Assembly (NCBI GenBank): GCA_018663245.1
Contig: JABJEI010000019.1
Location: 9,129-73,128, forward strand
Length of the DNA stretch: 64,000 bases
Reading direction: 5' to 3'
Source: a bacterium
GTDB lineage: Bacteria > Babelota > Babeliae > Babelales > JABJEI01
Shown: positions 37,386 to 47,398 of the stretch, in pieces
Layout: the number at the start of each line of letters is the position of its first letter
Position numbering within the stretch: position 1 is the first letter of the stretch
Notes under the pieces: generated by a model
Database searches by the model: none
The model's input: the letters and a program-made list of their open reading frames with translations, nothing else
What the model was told of the DNA's origin: nothing
Program-made: the position numbers and the translations under genes

Positions 37386-37745
37386 CTAAGCTGTTGCTGT
37401 CACACCGGCAAAAGAAATAACTTGGGCAAAAACAGCTGGATCATGAATAGCGATCTGACTGAGCATTTTGCGATTAAGCGAAACTTCAGCAGTACTCAAA
37501 CTATGCATAACTTCGCCGTATCGTAAGCCCTGGCTACGCAATGCTGCACTGATACGAGCAATGAAAAGAGCTCTCATATCGCGCTTCTTTAATTTACGGC
37601 CCTTGTAGGCGAATGCCCAGGCGCGTAACAATGTTTCACTTGCTCTACGGAAAACGTTCTTGCGCTGTCCGTAGAAACCTTTAGTCTGTTTTAATAGGCG
37701 ACGGTGACGCTTTTGCGTTACCACGCCTCGCTTGATGCGTGACAT
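37386..37745 (-). CDS. rplT: 50S ribosomal protein L20
   Basis: MSRIKRGVVTQKRHRRLLKQTKGFYG..AYKGRKLKKRDMRALFIARI. Confidence 0.95.
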   Translation of the reverse strand: MSRIKRGVVTQKRHRRLLKQTKGFYGQRKNVFRRASETLLRAWAFAYKGRKLKKRDMRALFIARISAALRSQGLRYGEVMHSLSTAEVSLNRKMLSQIAIHDPAVFAQVISFAGVTATA

Positions 37746-37820
37746 TTTCTAAATTCCAATCTTCTATATTATAGTGTCTGATAACTCAAAGCAGCTAAGC
37801 CTTTATACTAATCTTAAGGA

Positions 37821-38015
37821 CTAGTTGGGCATTAGCCTCTTAAGTTTTTTTAAATCTCCGCCTTGAATATAGTTATTCAAAGAGAGTCTACGCTTGCGGC
37901 TTTCTGATTTCTTTTCTAACAAGTGGCGCTTAAACGCCTTTCTTGCTTTAATTTTTCCGCTTTTGAGCTTCTTAAAGCGCTTTTTGGCGCCCGAGTGAGT
38001 CTTCATTTTTGGCAT
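37821..38015 (-). CDS. rpmI: 50S ribosomal protein L35
   Basis: MPKMKTHSGAKKRFKKLKSGKIKARKAFKRHLL. Confidence 0.92.
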   Translation of the reverse strand: MPKMKTHSGAKKRFKKLKSGKIKARKAFKRHLLEKKSESRKRRLSLNNYIQGGDLKKLKRLMPN

Positions 38016-38041
38016 TTTAGCTCTTTCTACTTATTTGTATT

Positions 38042-38611
38042 TTATTTGGTCTTAATGTGATAAATGCGGGACCAAAGCGGTCCGGACATTGCATCGCGTT
38101 CTTGTGTTAGTTTATCAAGAATTTGAGCTTCTTCAAAAAATACCTCAATACGCTCAAAAAGTTCGCGGCCTCTCTCGTGTTTTGTAGCCATTTCTCGGCC
38201 ACGGAACACCAAGGTAACTTTGAGGTGTTTTCCTTCGTTAAGGAACTGTACACCGCGGTTAAGCTTGGTTGAGAAGTCATGCGCGCCAATTTTGGGACGT
38301 ATCTTAACTTCCTTGATCTGAATGACCTTTTGGTTTTTCTTGGCTTCTGCGAGTTTTTTCTTTTTCTCGTACAGCGCCTTACCAAGGTCCATTACTTTGA
38401 CGATAGGTACACCATCGCTCCCTTTGGGAGCAATCATAACCAGATCGAGTCCTTCAACAGTTGCCAAATTTTGTGCATCTTGTGTTTCCACGATGCCAAT
38501 GTTTTGACCACTGCTAGAGATTAATTGTACTTCTTTTTCTTTAATTGCCTCGTTTGCTATAACAGTTGGGCGCTTTTTTTGCTGTGTAGCGTCTCTACCT
38601 TTTCGCTTCAT
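38042..38611 (-). CDS. infC: Translation initiation factor IF-3
   Basis: ANEAIKEKEVQLI..G..IGIV N-domain and IQIKEVKIRPKIGAHDF..K C-domain. Canonical infC-rpmI-rplT order. Confidence 0.9.
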   Translation of the reverse strand: MKRKGRDATQQKKRPTVIANEAIKEKEVQLISSSGQNIGIVETQDAQNLATVEGLDLVMIAPKGSDGVPIVKVMDLGKALYEKKKKLAEAKKNQKVIQIKEVKIRPKIGAHDFSTKLNRGVQFLNEGKHLKVTLVFRGREMATKHERGRELFERIEVFFEEAQILDKLTQERDAMSGPLWSRIYHIKTK

Positions 38612-38614
38612 CAG

Positions 38615-39670
38615 TTACCCCTGTTCCAGTTGGGCTTTTTCTTCTTTGATGGCAATATAAACATTTTTGCGTAAGTTTGTAGCAAATTCTGTGTTTTTCT
38701 TGATGTAAACAAGTGCTTGGTCCCGTCCTTGAGCAAAGTTTTTGTCGTCTTGGGAGTACCATGCACCAGCTTGCTTAACTAGCTTATAATGAAGAGCTGC
38801 ATCTAAAAGATCAAGCGATGGAGAAATTCCTTCACCAAAAATGAGGTCAAGCAGTACCCGTTTGAAGGGAGGTGCGACCTTGTTTTTGACGATTTTAATA
38901 GCAAGTCTGTTTCCTATGTGCACATCGCCCTTTTTAAGGCTGGCAATGCGTCTAACATCAATTCGCAATGATGCATAAAATTTAAGTGCGTTTCCGCCGC
39001 TTGTTGTTTCTTTATTAGCAAAAGCCATGGTGTTAATTTTGTGCCGAATCTGATTGATAAAGATCAATACGGAATTAGCTTTATATACCACAGGTGTCAA
39101 TTTGCGTAGCGCCTGAGACATCAATCGAGCTTGTAGGCCGACGTGTACGTCGCCCATGTCGCCTTCAATTTCAGCCTTAGGTACAAGTGCGGCAACCGAG
39201 TCTACGACGACTAAGTCGACTGCGCCTGAGCGAATCAACATTTCTGCAATGTTAAGTGCCTGCTCACCAAAGTCAGGTTGCGAGATAATTAGCTCGTCAA
39301 CGTTTACTCCAAGTGATCTGGCGTGTTCCGGGTTGAGTGCATGCTCAGCATCGATAAATGCGCATACTCCGCCCTTTGCTTGTGCTTGTGCAATTGCATG
39401 GAGTGTTAGTGTTGTTTTACCAGATGACTCTGGTCCAAATATTTCGATAATTCGACCACGAGGGAAACCATCGCAACCAATTGCTCTATCAACTAAAATT
39501 GAACCCGTTGGTATTGCTTCTACGTCGACCTTTGGAGCCTGACCAAGAAGCATAACCGAGCCTTTGCCAAATTCTTTGTCGATTTGAGCAAACGTCGTAT
39601 CTAGAATTTTTTTACGTGCTGAAATGTCGGAAACATTGTCCCGACCGGTATTCTTTTTAGTTTGTTTCAT
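38615..39670 (-). CDS. recA: Recombinase RecA
   Basis: [20 protein letters not shown] Walker [10 protein letters not shown], and L1/L2 regions FINQIRHKI...[13 protein letters not shown]. Confidence 0.97.
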   Translation of the reverse strand: MKQTKKNTGRDNVSDISARKKILDTTFAQIDKEFGKGSVMLLGQAPKVDVEAIPTGSILVDRAIGCDGFPRGRIIEIFGPESSGKTTLTLHAIAQAQAKGGVCAFIDAEHALNPEHARSLGVNVDELIISQPDFGEQALNIAEMLIRSGAVDLVVVDSVAALVPKAEIEGDMGDVHVGLQARLMSQALRKLTPVVYKANSVLIFINQIRHKINTMAFANKETTSGGNALKFYASLRIDVRRIASLKKGDVHIGNRLAIKIVKNKVAPPFKRVLLDLIFGEGISPSLDLLDAALHYKLVKQAGAWYSQDDKNFAQGRDQALVYIKKNTEFATNLRKNVYIAIKEEKAQLEQG

Positions 39671-41586
39671 TAATTACCACGCGCTGAAGTTCCTCTAAGA
39701 TCATTTTTAATTGTAGCATGGCCTAGCAAAGATTCAATGAATGTTCTTTGAATCGTGCGTAGTTCCTGCATAACAAGGTCGTTTTGTATAGTTAACAGCT
39801 CAGAGTCCAGTTTTTTTGGGTCGTACGAGCTTACTGTGCTTAACTGCGCAACAAATCCGTGCGATGCGCCTTGGTCAACGATGTATGCCTTAGGTGTTGT
39901 AAGTTCAAACAACCTAGTCGAGCTTAGGCCTTTTTTAAACAGGTCATCTAAACTGCCAGAATCTGATGGTAAAACATCTTTATAAGTCTGACTTGGCACA
40001 GATCCGAATGAATGCTGTTCAAGGCCGTTTGAGACTGCTTTCATCTCGCTTTGCATCTGCTTGGCAGCCTGATTTTTAATGTAATCCTGCTTTACCCTGT
40101 CTTCTACTTTTACAAATGCTTCAGGCTCTGCCTTAACGCGATTTGTTAGTTTGACCAGATATCCAGTTGAACCGATAAGGTCAAAGGCAAATCCGTCAAC
40201 TGTGGTTATGCGGTTTAATAGCGGTGCCGATTGTGCTCCACTTGATGCTGGTGTAGCAATAGACTCTTTTTTTCCGTTACGTTTTTTTATAAAGTTTGTA
40301 ACTGAATTTTCTGATCTATGCGCAATGCGTACTGAATTGCGAACTTCACGCTTAAACACTCTGCTGAACTGTTCGACTTTAAGCTCTTTTGAGATCTCAG
40401 ATTTAACATCACTTAGTGGTTTGTAGATAGCCGGCTTTGAACCAATTCGCTTGAGTATTGCAAAACCGCTTTTGGTATCAATAACTGTAGAAATTTGCCC
40501 ATCTTTTACAAGTTTATTTGCAGCTCTCTCAATAGGCGAGCTGAGCGTTATAGGGTCGATCATGCCAAGACTGCCACCATCAGAGGCGGTTTTCTTGTCT
40601 ATGGAATGTTTTTTTGCAAGCTCTTTGAACTTGCTGCCATCAAGCTTGAGGCTGGAATGTAACTCTTGTACAAGCTTGTTGGTTGATACCTTTATTATTT
40701 CAAGATCAAGTTTGCGAGCTTCTTTGAGATATCGATGGCGATTTCTCTTGTAGTATTGCTCAATTTTCTTGTCTGACACGCTTATGCCGTATGCTTCAGG
40801 GGTAAAGCTCCATACGCTACCATCACGTTGCTCTGTGGACCAGTATCGCTTTGCTTGGCTATTTTCGTAGTTATAAAAATTTCGCAATACAGTAGAGTCG
40901 ACAGGCAGCTTTTCTAGCTTGTCGATATATGTTTGCAATTCAAATGTCGCCACCTGATAGGTGCGCTTTACAAAGCGTTGTACGTAGGCATTAACGAGTT
41001 GAGAGTAAGGTGCATGAATAAAAATGCGTGATACATTTTGAGCAATTTGACGGACAAGTCGACGTTCAACCTGATCTTCAAACCATTCGATGTTTTTACC
41101 GGCTCGGTTTAGATGCGCCGACAATGCTTTAAAGTTTATATGTCGTCCGTTCCATGCAGATTGTGGGACAATGTCGCCAAGCTCATGTTGAACAAATGCT
41201 GGATTTTTGAGCTGGTCAATAACGTAATTGTTATCAACAACTATACCAGCCGTGTTGCCGGCAGACTCAAAAAGAGCTTCTTCAATTAGGTCACTTACTG
41301 CACGTTCTTTTGGATTACTACTCTTGCCAGAAGAGCCGTAAATGACGTCCATAGATATACCAGAAAAGCGCTTTTGGAACTCTTGTTGCATCTTTTCTTC
41401 GCTTTTTATTCGCGCTTCAATTTCGTGTGCAGATACACCTACATTGTTTACCATGATCGGGTCGCTTGACCCGGCTCCAAAGCGTCTAGCTAGTGGCACC
41501 GAAAGTAAAAACGATACCAGAATGGCGCCTACGGCGATCTGAATAATATATCTGCTTTTTATCGTTGAACGTATTGAGCTGATCAT
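39670..41586 (-). CDS. PpiD-like periplasmic chaperone / parvulin-type PPIase (membrane-anchored)
   Basis: N-terminal anchor [28 protein letters not shown] (PpiD-like). Parvulin segment [23 protein letters not shown]...[10 protein letters not shown]. Confidence 0.7.
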   Translation of the reverse strand: MISSIRSTIKSRYIIQIAVGAILVSFLLSVPLARRFGAGSSDPIMVNNVGVSAHEIEARIKSEEKMQQEFQKRFSGISMDVIYGSSGKSSNPKERAVSDLIEEALFESAGNTAGIVVDNNYVIDQLKNPAFVQHELGDIVPQSAWNGRHINFKALSAHLNRAGKNIEWFEDQVERRLVRQIAQNVSRIFIHAPYSQLVNAYVQRFVKRTYQVATFELQTYIDKLEKLPVDSTVLRNFYNYENSQAKRYWSTEQRDGSVWSFTPEAYGISVSDKKIEQYYKRNRHRYLKEARKLDLEIIKVSTNKLVQELHSSLKLDGSKFKELAKKHSIDKKTASDGGSLGMIDPITLSSPIERAANKLVKDGQISTVIDTKSGFAILKRIGSKPAIYKPLSDVKSEISKELKVEQFSRVFKREVRNSVRIAHRSENSVTNFIKKRNGKKESIATPASSGAQSAPLLNRITTVDGFAFDLIGSTGYLVKLTNRVKAEPEAFVKVEDRVKQDYIKNQAAKQMQSEMKAVSNGLEQHSFGSVPSQTYKDVLPSDSGSLDDLFKKGLSSTRLFELTTPKAYIVDQGASHGFVAQLSTVSSYDPKKLDSELLTIQNDLVMQELRTIQRTFIESLLGHATIKNDLRGTSARGN

Positions 41587-41603
41587 AGCGGTTTACTCTT
41601 CTT

Positions 41604-42245
41604 TTAAATAGTTATGATGGTAATGCCTGTAATGTGTTCTCTACGGGCAATAGTATTTACGATATCCTGAAGTTCAATTTTGTTGGAATAAGGTTGCGTA
41701 ATAACCTGGTACCAAACTCTTTTTTTGCCACGCTTTGTGGTTGAGGTTCGTTTTTCAACCTTAACCGGAATGCCTTGGCGAGTAAGTTTGTCAGCAAATC
41801 TCTTAGCCGGCTTTAAGTAACCGTAGCCGATAAGACGTGCAACGTGTTGTTTGCCGGTTTCGTCAACTTCCACCTTTGAAGAAGAAGATGCTTGCTCAGT
41901 CGCTCCAGATTTGGCCGGAGGTAAAGATGGTAGTGTTTTGCTTGGTATCTGCTGTGATGCATTATTTGTTTGTGCTTCAAGAAGTTCAAGCTCTAAGTCG
42001 GTCTCTGTTTGGACCTCTCCTTTGTCGCGCAATGCTCCTAATGAGAGCGCTATGCGGTCATTAAGCGTATCTTGCTCTATTTGGTTCCCAAAATCTTGTA
42101 ATGCACTTCGATGCCCCCAGTAATAACCGGCAGCAAAAAGAACAAAAGCAAACATTATAAGAACAACAATTACACTACTTGTTTGGCGGCGACCAATAAA
42201 AAGACCGTCTTGTTGCTGTGTTGCCTTTTCATCGATTTCTCTCAT
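41604..42245 (-). CDS. SPOR-domain (peptidoglycan-binding) membrane protein
   Basis: N-terminal TM helix, low-complexity linker, and a C-terminal ~75-aa SPOR-like betaalphabeta-beta repeat (VARLIGYGYLKPAKRFADKLTRQGIPVKV...WYQVITQPYSNKIELQDIVNTI). Confidence 0.65.
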   Translation of the reverse strand: MREIDEKATQQQDGLFIGRRQTSSVIVVLIMFAFVLFAAGYYWGHRSALQDFGNQIEQDTLNDRIALSLGALRDKGEVQTETDLELELLEAQTNNASQQIPSKTLPSLPPAKSGATEQASSSSKVEVDETGKQHVARLIGYGYLKPAKRFADKLTRQGIPVKVEKRTSTTKRGKKRVWYQVITQPYSNKIELQDIVNTIARREHITGITIITI

Positions 42246-42247
42246 GA

Positions 42248-43204
42248 CTAACCCTCATGCAGGAGAGACTGTTTCAGACTACTTATATATAAATCAAGGT
42301 CGGATAAAGTCAAGTTTAGCTCGTGCAATTGGATGGTTTTGGACCCCAAGTTTTCTTGCTCGCGGGTTATCATTTTGCGCATGCGCCGCCAGAATGTCCA
42401 CTGGCGCTTGGCGTAAGCGCGTGTACGCTTTTGTATGGCCTCAACAAGGGCGTCATGAGCAACAATGTCATGACAGGCATCATCGGACAGAAATTTAACG
42501 ATCTCGTTATAGCCAATCAATTTTTTGCGTTCAATAAAAATTTGCCAGGGAGTGCCTAACAAAGCGCGAACTTCTTCAACCCAGCCTTCTTGTACCATGA
42601 TTTGTGTGCGCTTGTTAATACGCTCCAAAAGTTCTTCTCTATCTCGCTCAACAAAAATTATATGGAATTCTCTGTCGGGAAGACAAAATTTGGGCTGTAG
42701 AGTTGATGGTTTTTGGCCAGTTTTTTGGTAAATTTCGATAGCTCGTTGAATGCGGTATGGGTCTGATGGTTCTATTGTAGCCGCACGCTCGGGGTCAAGC
42801 TGCTTTAGTTGTTCCCACGAGCCCTTAATTTTTTGCTTGCAAGATTGGGATGCAGAATCACGGGGAGGGAAGAATAATGAATGTATGTAAAACATAGACC
42901 CTCCGACAATGACCGGATAGTTTCCACGAGCCTCAATCTCCTGAATGAGCTCAAAGCAACGTGTACGGTATTGAGCAACATCAAACGAGCCTGGCTCATT
43001 TAAGATGTCAAACATATGATGTGGCACCACCTCGTTGCGCCAGTCAGGTTTTGCTGTACCAATTGTCATCGGCTGGTAGAATGAGCCGATATCAGCGTTA
43101 ATTATTTCGATTGGCAGAGATTGACCAAGCTTGTGAGACAAGGCTGTTTTTCCACTACCGGTTGGTCCGGTTATCACGATTACTGGTCGTTTGTTTTTTT
43201 TCAT
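42248..43204 (-). CDS. miaA: tRNA dimethylallyltransferase
   Basis: VIVITGPTGSGKTALS P-loop, MTIGTAKP, PHHMFDI, VGGSMFY. Confidence 0.9.
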   Translation of the reverse strand: MKKNKRPVIVITGPTGSGKTALSHKLGQSLPIEIINADIGSFYQPMTIGTAKPDWRNEVVPHHMFDILNEPGSFDVAQYRTRCFELIQEIEARGNYPVIVGGSMFYIHSLFFPPRDSASQSCKQKIKGSWEQLKQLDPERAATIEPSDPYRIQRAIEIYQKTGQKPSTLQPKFCLPDREFHIIFVERDREELLERINKRTQIMVQEGWVEEVRALLGTPWQIFIERKKLIGYNEIVKFLSDDACHDIVAHDALVEAIQKRTRAYAKRQWTFWRRMRKMITREQENLGSKTIQLHELNLTLSDLDLYISSLKQSLLHEG

Positions 43205-43259
43205 ACGTTTATTTTACCACAATTTTATTTTTTAGCAGGAGTGGTAAATTTTGGGCAGT

Positions 43260-43287
43260 AAAAAGGGCCCGATTTTTAGTCGAGCCC
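43260..43287 (-). terminator. Rho-independent terminator (copy A), 57 nt upstream of the miaA start
   Basis: On the minus strand: GGGCTCGA-ctaaaaa-TCGGGCCC then TTTTTAC. Confidence 0.6.
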
Positions 43288-43524
43288 AAAAGTTATTTTT
43301 ATTAGTTTTTGCCTTATCGAGTCTTATTATTTTAGTTATTTAAAAAAGCCTTAAAAAACTATTTGATAAGCTGGTTGTCATTTTTTATAAGGTTAGAACC
43401 ATATTATCAGAATAGCAACTGCAGGAGAGTTGTCAAATAGAAAACATTGCCGTGTAAGGTGAATGAAAAAAGTTGAATTAATTGAGGGCTGCAAAAATAG
43501 CCGAAACGTCATTAGCTGAGCAAT

Positions 43525-43552
43525 AAAAAGGGCCCGATTTTTAGTAGGACCC
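43525..43552 (-). terminator. Rho-independent terminator (copy B) for the frameshifted surface-protein gene
   Basis: On the minus strand: GGGTCCTA-ctaaaaa-TCGGGCCC then TTTTTATTG. It is a ~45-nt direct repeat of copy A. Confidence 0.6.
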
Positions 43553-43570
43553 AAAGGTTAGTTTTTAGAT

Positions 43571-44550
43571 TTAGCGGTTACCGTCTCCGTCGAAATTTGC
43601 TTGTTTCTGAAGCCAGCTTAATGTTGGGCGACGGTAATTTTTTGTGATTTTCTCTATTGGTGAGTTTGTTTTTTTGTTTTTAAATGGGTTGACCTTCGGG
43701 CTATTCTTTGCTGAATGAAGTTCTTTGATTACTTTTTTTAATTTTTCTTTACAATTTTGATTTTCTAAAAGTTTCTGTTTGTTTGTTTGATTATCGGCAA
43801 TGAGCTGGCTGTTGGTGGTACTTAATGTTTGGTTCACTGCTTCAGCTTCATTGGCCAAGCTTTTTTGAGTTTCTAATTCATCGGTGAGTTGGCTGTTGGT
43901 GTTAGTTAATTCTTCGATCTTTGTAGCCGCTAGTTGGATTGCAGTTTTGATTTTAAGCTGGTTTTCTTCGGTTAAGTTTGTTTGAGTTTTTAATTGATCT
44001 GTGAGTTGAATGTTGGCATCAGTTAATTCTTTTATCTTTGTAGTCGCTAGTTGGATTGCTGTTTTGATTTTAAATTGGTTTTTTTGGTTAAGTTTGTTTG
44101 AGTTTTTAATTGATTTGTGAGTTGAATGTTGGCATCAGTTAATTCTTTGATCTTTGTAGCCGCTGGTTGGATTTCAGTTTTGATTTTAAGCTGGTTTTCT
44201 TTTGCTAGGTTCTCTTGCTTTTTCAAATCGTTGGCGAGCTGAGCGTTGGCGGCTCTTACTTTTTCCAGTTCGACAACAAGCGTGCTTGCTGTTTGACTTA
44301 CTTCTTTCGTTTGACTTCTGGTCAGATTTGCGTTGGCAGTTGTTAATTTTGCAACAGTCTTTTTATTTAGATTAAGAACGTATAGCAGATAAAAGGACAG
44401 GCTAACTCCCATTGCGGCTACAATTGGAACGACTTTTCTAACAACTTTTTTATATGTAGGCCTAATGAGTTTTAACTTGAGTCCGCTAGTTTGAGTTGCA
44501 ATTGGAAGTGTGGCTGTAATTGCGAGCGCGATCAGTAATAGCTTCTTCAT
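43571..44550 (-). pseudogene. Signal-peptide/TM coiled-coil surface protein interrupted by a -1 frameshift in a T7 (coding-strand A7) tract
   Basis: ORFs 44047-44550 and 43571-43858 are in adjacent frames. Adding one A at 44079-44085 gives a continuous ~326-aa ORF. The repeat unit holding the tract is 116 bp while its neighbour is 117 bp. Confidence 0.8.
43860..44210 (-). repeat. About three tandem 117-bp (39-aa) coding repeats
   Basis: Landmark ttgtag(c/t)cgct(a/g)gttggatt recurs at 43921, 44038 and 44154. Encoded unit: ..IKELTDANIQLT(D/N)QLKTQTNLT(E/K)(E/K)NQ(L/F)KIKTAIQLA(A/T)TK. Confidence 0.85.
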
Positions 44551-44874
44551 GGCTAGTAACCTTTTTGACTATGAAGTGTATTTGCCTTTGATGATATCTC
44601 TTTTAGGGTAACATGGATGCTGAGTCTGTTAAGTAGATAGTTTTAAGTATCACTTTTGCCCGGCAGTTAATGATTGTTGTAAAAATGAAATGGATTCATA
44701 TAGAAATATATATAGGGCGATAAATTAGGGGCAAGATTGGCATTTTTGCATATAGATCATATATCGGGTAACCAAAATTGCAAAAACGAGCAAAAAGAGT
44801 CTATTTTATCCATTTTTGGGTTTCAACACATTTTTTAGAAAGTTTTTGTCTTAAAATATTTAGTTTTTTAAAGA

Positions 44875-44921
44875 ATATTGCGCTGCGCCGTTACATGTGT
44901 AATTATGGCGCAGCGCAATAT
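44875..44921 (-). terminator. Long perfect hairpin downstream of carD
   Basis: 15-bp perfect stem atattgcgctgcgcc / ggcgcagcgcaatat with a 17-nt loop, ~55 nt past the carD stop. The U-tract is weak. Confidence 0.5.
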
Positions 44922-44975
44922 CTGAGTTTAACTTAAAGTCTCGGATAAGCCTTGTTGTAACCTTTTTGGCGCGTA

Positions 44976-45542
44976 TTAGCCTGGAATTTCTGCTAGGCTG
45001 TATTTGCACAGTGACGAGCGAATGTAGGCAATAATTTCGTCTGGATCTTTGTGTCGGGATTCACCAATTTCTTCAGCAAGCAACTGTTCGGTTTGCTTAA
45101 GTAGGTTTTTTTCACCAAAGGAAAGCTCTTTATAGGTAGCGATATAGGATAAATCACGATAAATTTCTGACAGGTCCAAAAGAGAGCCTGTTCGTAATTT
45201 GTTGTGATAATCGCGATTACGTTTGTTCCAACTGCTGGCGGTAAGTTCGGGGCAATCGGTTTTCTTTGCTGGTTGAGCGATAGTTAAATATGCTTTTTCA
45301 ACATTGTCAGAGGAACTTATTTTGCGAATTCCGGTATGGCTGGAGCTATTTATTGGGACAAGAATAGTCATATCATTATTTAGAAATGTAAGTTCAAATA
45401 GCTTACACGAGCTGCCCCCAATGCTGCGCTCGATAATTCGACTTATGCGCGCAACACCGTGACCGGCGAAAACTACCTTTTCATTCAGGCCAAACATAGC
45501 GCGTACTCCCTGTGCGAGTAGAAAAGGACGTACGTTCACCAT
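44976..45542 (-). CDS. carD: CarD/CdnL-family RNA polymerase-binding transcription factor
   Basis: N-terminal KVVFAGHGVARISRIIERSIGG...LFELTF..MTILVPIN (CarD_CdnL_TRCF Tudor-like domain). The true start may be the internal ATG at 45497. Confidence 0.75.
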   Translation of the reverse strand: MVNVRPFLLAQGVRAMFGLNEKVVFAGHGVARISRIIERSIGGSSCKLFELTFLNNDMTILVPINSSSHTGIRKISSSDNVEKAYLTIAQPAKKTDCPELTASSWNKRNRDYHNKLRTGSLLDLSEIYRDLSYIATYKELSFGEKNLLKQTEQLLAEEIGESRHKDPDEIIAYIRSSLCKYSLAEIPG

Positions 45543-45577
45543 AAAAAAGCTAGCAATAGTCTACCATAATCCAGTCG

Positions 45578-46264
45578 TCACGATAAACGGTTCTTTTTTA
45601 AAAAAATTCTATGAGCTAAAATCAGACAGACTGAAAGCGAAATTGGGTGGTGATAAGCCCATAGTGCCAATCGTTTTATTAACGAGGCTCGACCCGCTAA
45701 ATTGCGGGATCTAAGGGTGCTTTGTAGTAGATTAAAGCTGCAAGAAAGGCTGTTCATTAAGCGTGGAAGTGGTTTGTTGATGTTTGTTTTATAAATATTT
45801 ATTAGATGTTTGTTTGGAGTAAGTTTGGTAGACGTCCCATTTAGTTCGTCGATAAAAGTTATGTAAATTGCCTTGAGAACTATACAGAATTCTTTGAGAA
45901 TTGTAACCTCTTGGTCGAGGTCGCTGCCTACACCATTTTTTTTATAAATTCTCCAACAATCAATGACGGGCATGTAGCTAGTGAATCGCATCATGCGACA
46001 CACGCACCAACGAACAAGATCATTTTGGAACATGATATCGGCTCGGGGTTGTATGTTTTTGGATGGGATGCTTGTCCACGTGCAATAGTCTGCAATTCGT
46101 GAATCTAGGAACGCTTCGAGATTGTTGATCTGTCGACCAATTACACGGAAAGCCTTGATAATGTCTTGATGGGTCTCGGTGTATCGAATTGGCTGACCGT
46201 TAAGTTCTGTGGCACACACAAGAATTATTGTAGCGTACAGAATTGCCTTGTGGAACCGGTTCAT
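45578..46264 (-). CDS. Orphan secreted protein (228 aa)
   Basis: Signal peptide MNRFHKAILYATIILVCATELNG. No recognised motif. Confidence 0.6.
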   Translation of the reverse strand: MNRFHKAILYATIILVCATELNGQPIRYTETHQDIIKAFRVIGRQINNLEAFLDSRIADYCTWTSIPSKNIQPRADIMFQNDLVRWCVCRMMRFTSYMPVIDCWRIYKKNGVGSDLDQEVTILKEFCIVLKAIYITFIDELNGTSTKLTPNKHLINIYKTNINKPLPRLMNSLSCSFNLLQSTLRSRNLAGRASLIKRLALWAYHHPISLSVCLILAHRIFLKKNRLS

Positions 46265-46361
46265 GACAAGTGCCTAGTCTTTTAAATCTTTGGCGACCAT
46301 TCAATGAAATGTACCACATATAGGGTATAAAAAGATATTCTTTTACAAATGATGTAGGGGG

Positions 46362-47252
46362 CTAAATTTTGTATGAAAAGCCACCAACTTTTTGTAGGAG
46401 ATAGCCTGCAATAGGCTGCCATAATTTTTGAGTAATTGTTGGTTGTGCAAATCTCTCTAGTGAACCATATAGATCGATAGGTTCATTAGTTATGTATTCA
46501 TATTTATCGCTAGAGTTACTAGAAGCGTTTGATATTAATATGTCATAAAATGGCGTCCCCCGAAATAGCTGGGCAAGTATCATTGAAGCTTTTGGTATAG
46601 ATTTTTGATAAAGTGACGACCCATAAAATAGCTGGGCAAGTAGCGTTCGTGTTGCGATTACACCTAATAAAAGGCCAGCTTTACGAGTGAGCAAACTTTG
46701 CATGCTGATTGGCTTTTTTTGTAATCTACGTAGTAGTACTTCTGTGAGGCAAATAGCGATGAACGATGCGATAGGCTTCTTGAGCATGTAGCGTGTTCCT
46801 GTGCGTAGCTCTTCGCCGTTGTGCAGCTGGTTGTCGCTATATTTGTCTCCGATATCAGACTTTCCTTGTAGCAAAAAAGTTATTTCGGATGCTATTAGCA
46901 ATTGGATGGCCATTTTAGACAGGTTATTTTTTGGATTTTTCCACAATGGGTCTATTTTTGTTGGGTTCTGAAATAGCTTGCGTCTAAGTAATTTATGATT
47001 TATCACCTTGTGCCATACCAAATTAACAAGCAGCTTATACCATGCTATTTTAACACCTTTAAAAGCGGATCGCGCAATCAAGTCGAAAATAAATTGATTG
47101 AAAAAAATTTGGCTTCGCTTTGCCGTTCTTTGGACAATGTTAAGCGGTTTTGCAAGTTGGTTTAGCTGAGTTGGTAATTTTGGTGCAGTAAAAATGCTTG
47201 GCGTAAAGCCAATACTGGTAGCAAGTAATAGTGAAAGTATTCTTTGTTTCAT
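46362..47252 (-). CDS. Orphan secreted protein (296 aa)
   Basis: GGAGG lies 5 nt upstream of the ATG at 47252. Signal peptide MKQRILSLLLATSIGFTPSIFTA. Confidence 0.62.
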   Translation of the reverse strand: MKQRILSLLLATSIGFTPSIFTAPKLPTQLNQLAKPLNIVQRTAKRSQIFFNQFIFDLIARSAFKGVKIAWYKLLVNLVWHKVINHKLLRRKLFQNPTKIDPLWKNPKNNLSKMAIQLLIASEITFLLQGKSDIGDKYSDNQLHNGEELRTGTRYMLKKPIASFIAICLTEVLLRRLQKKPISMQSLLTRKAGLLLGVIATRTLLAQLFYGSSLYQKSIPKASMILAQLFRGTPFYDILISNASSNSSDKYEYITNEPIDLYGSLERFAQPTITQKLWQPIAGYLLQKVGGFSYKI

Positions 47253-47398
47253 GGCAACCTCCAAGTCCCCAAGTCTCCGATATATTTCTTGAGCGAACTA
47301 ATGTACGCCTATATATTATTATGGACTATTTGGCAATTTTGTCAAGTTGAGCATAAAGCAAGGGCCTGGAAATAACTCCAAGCCCTTGAGATAGTTTT

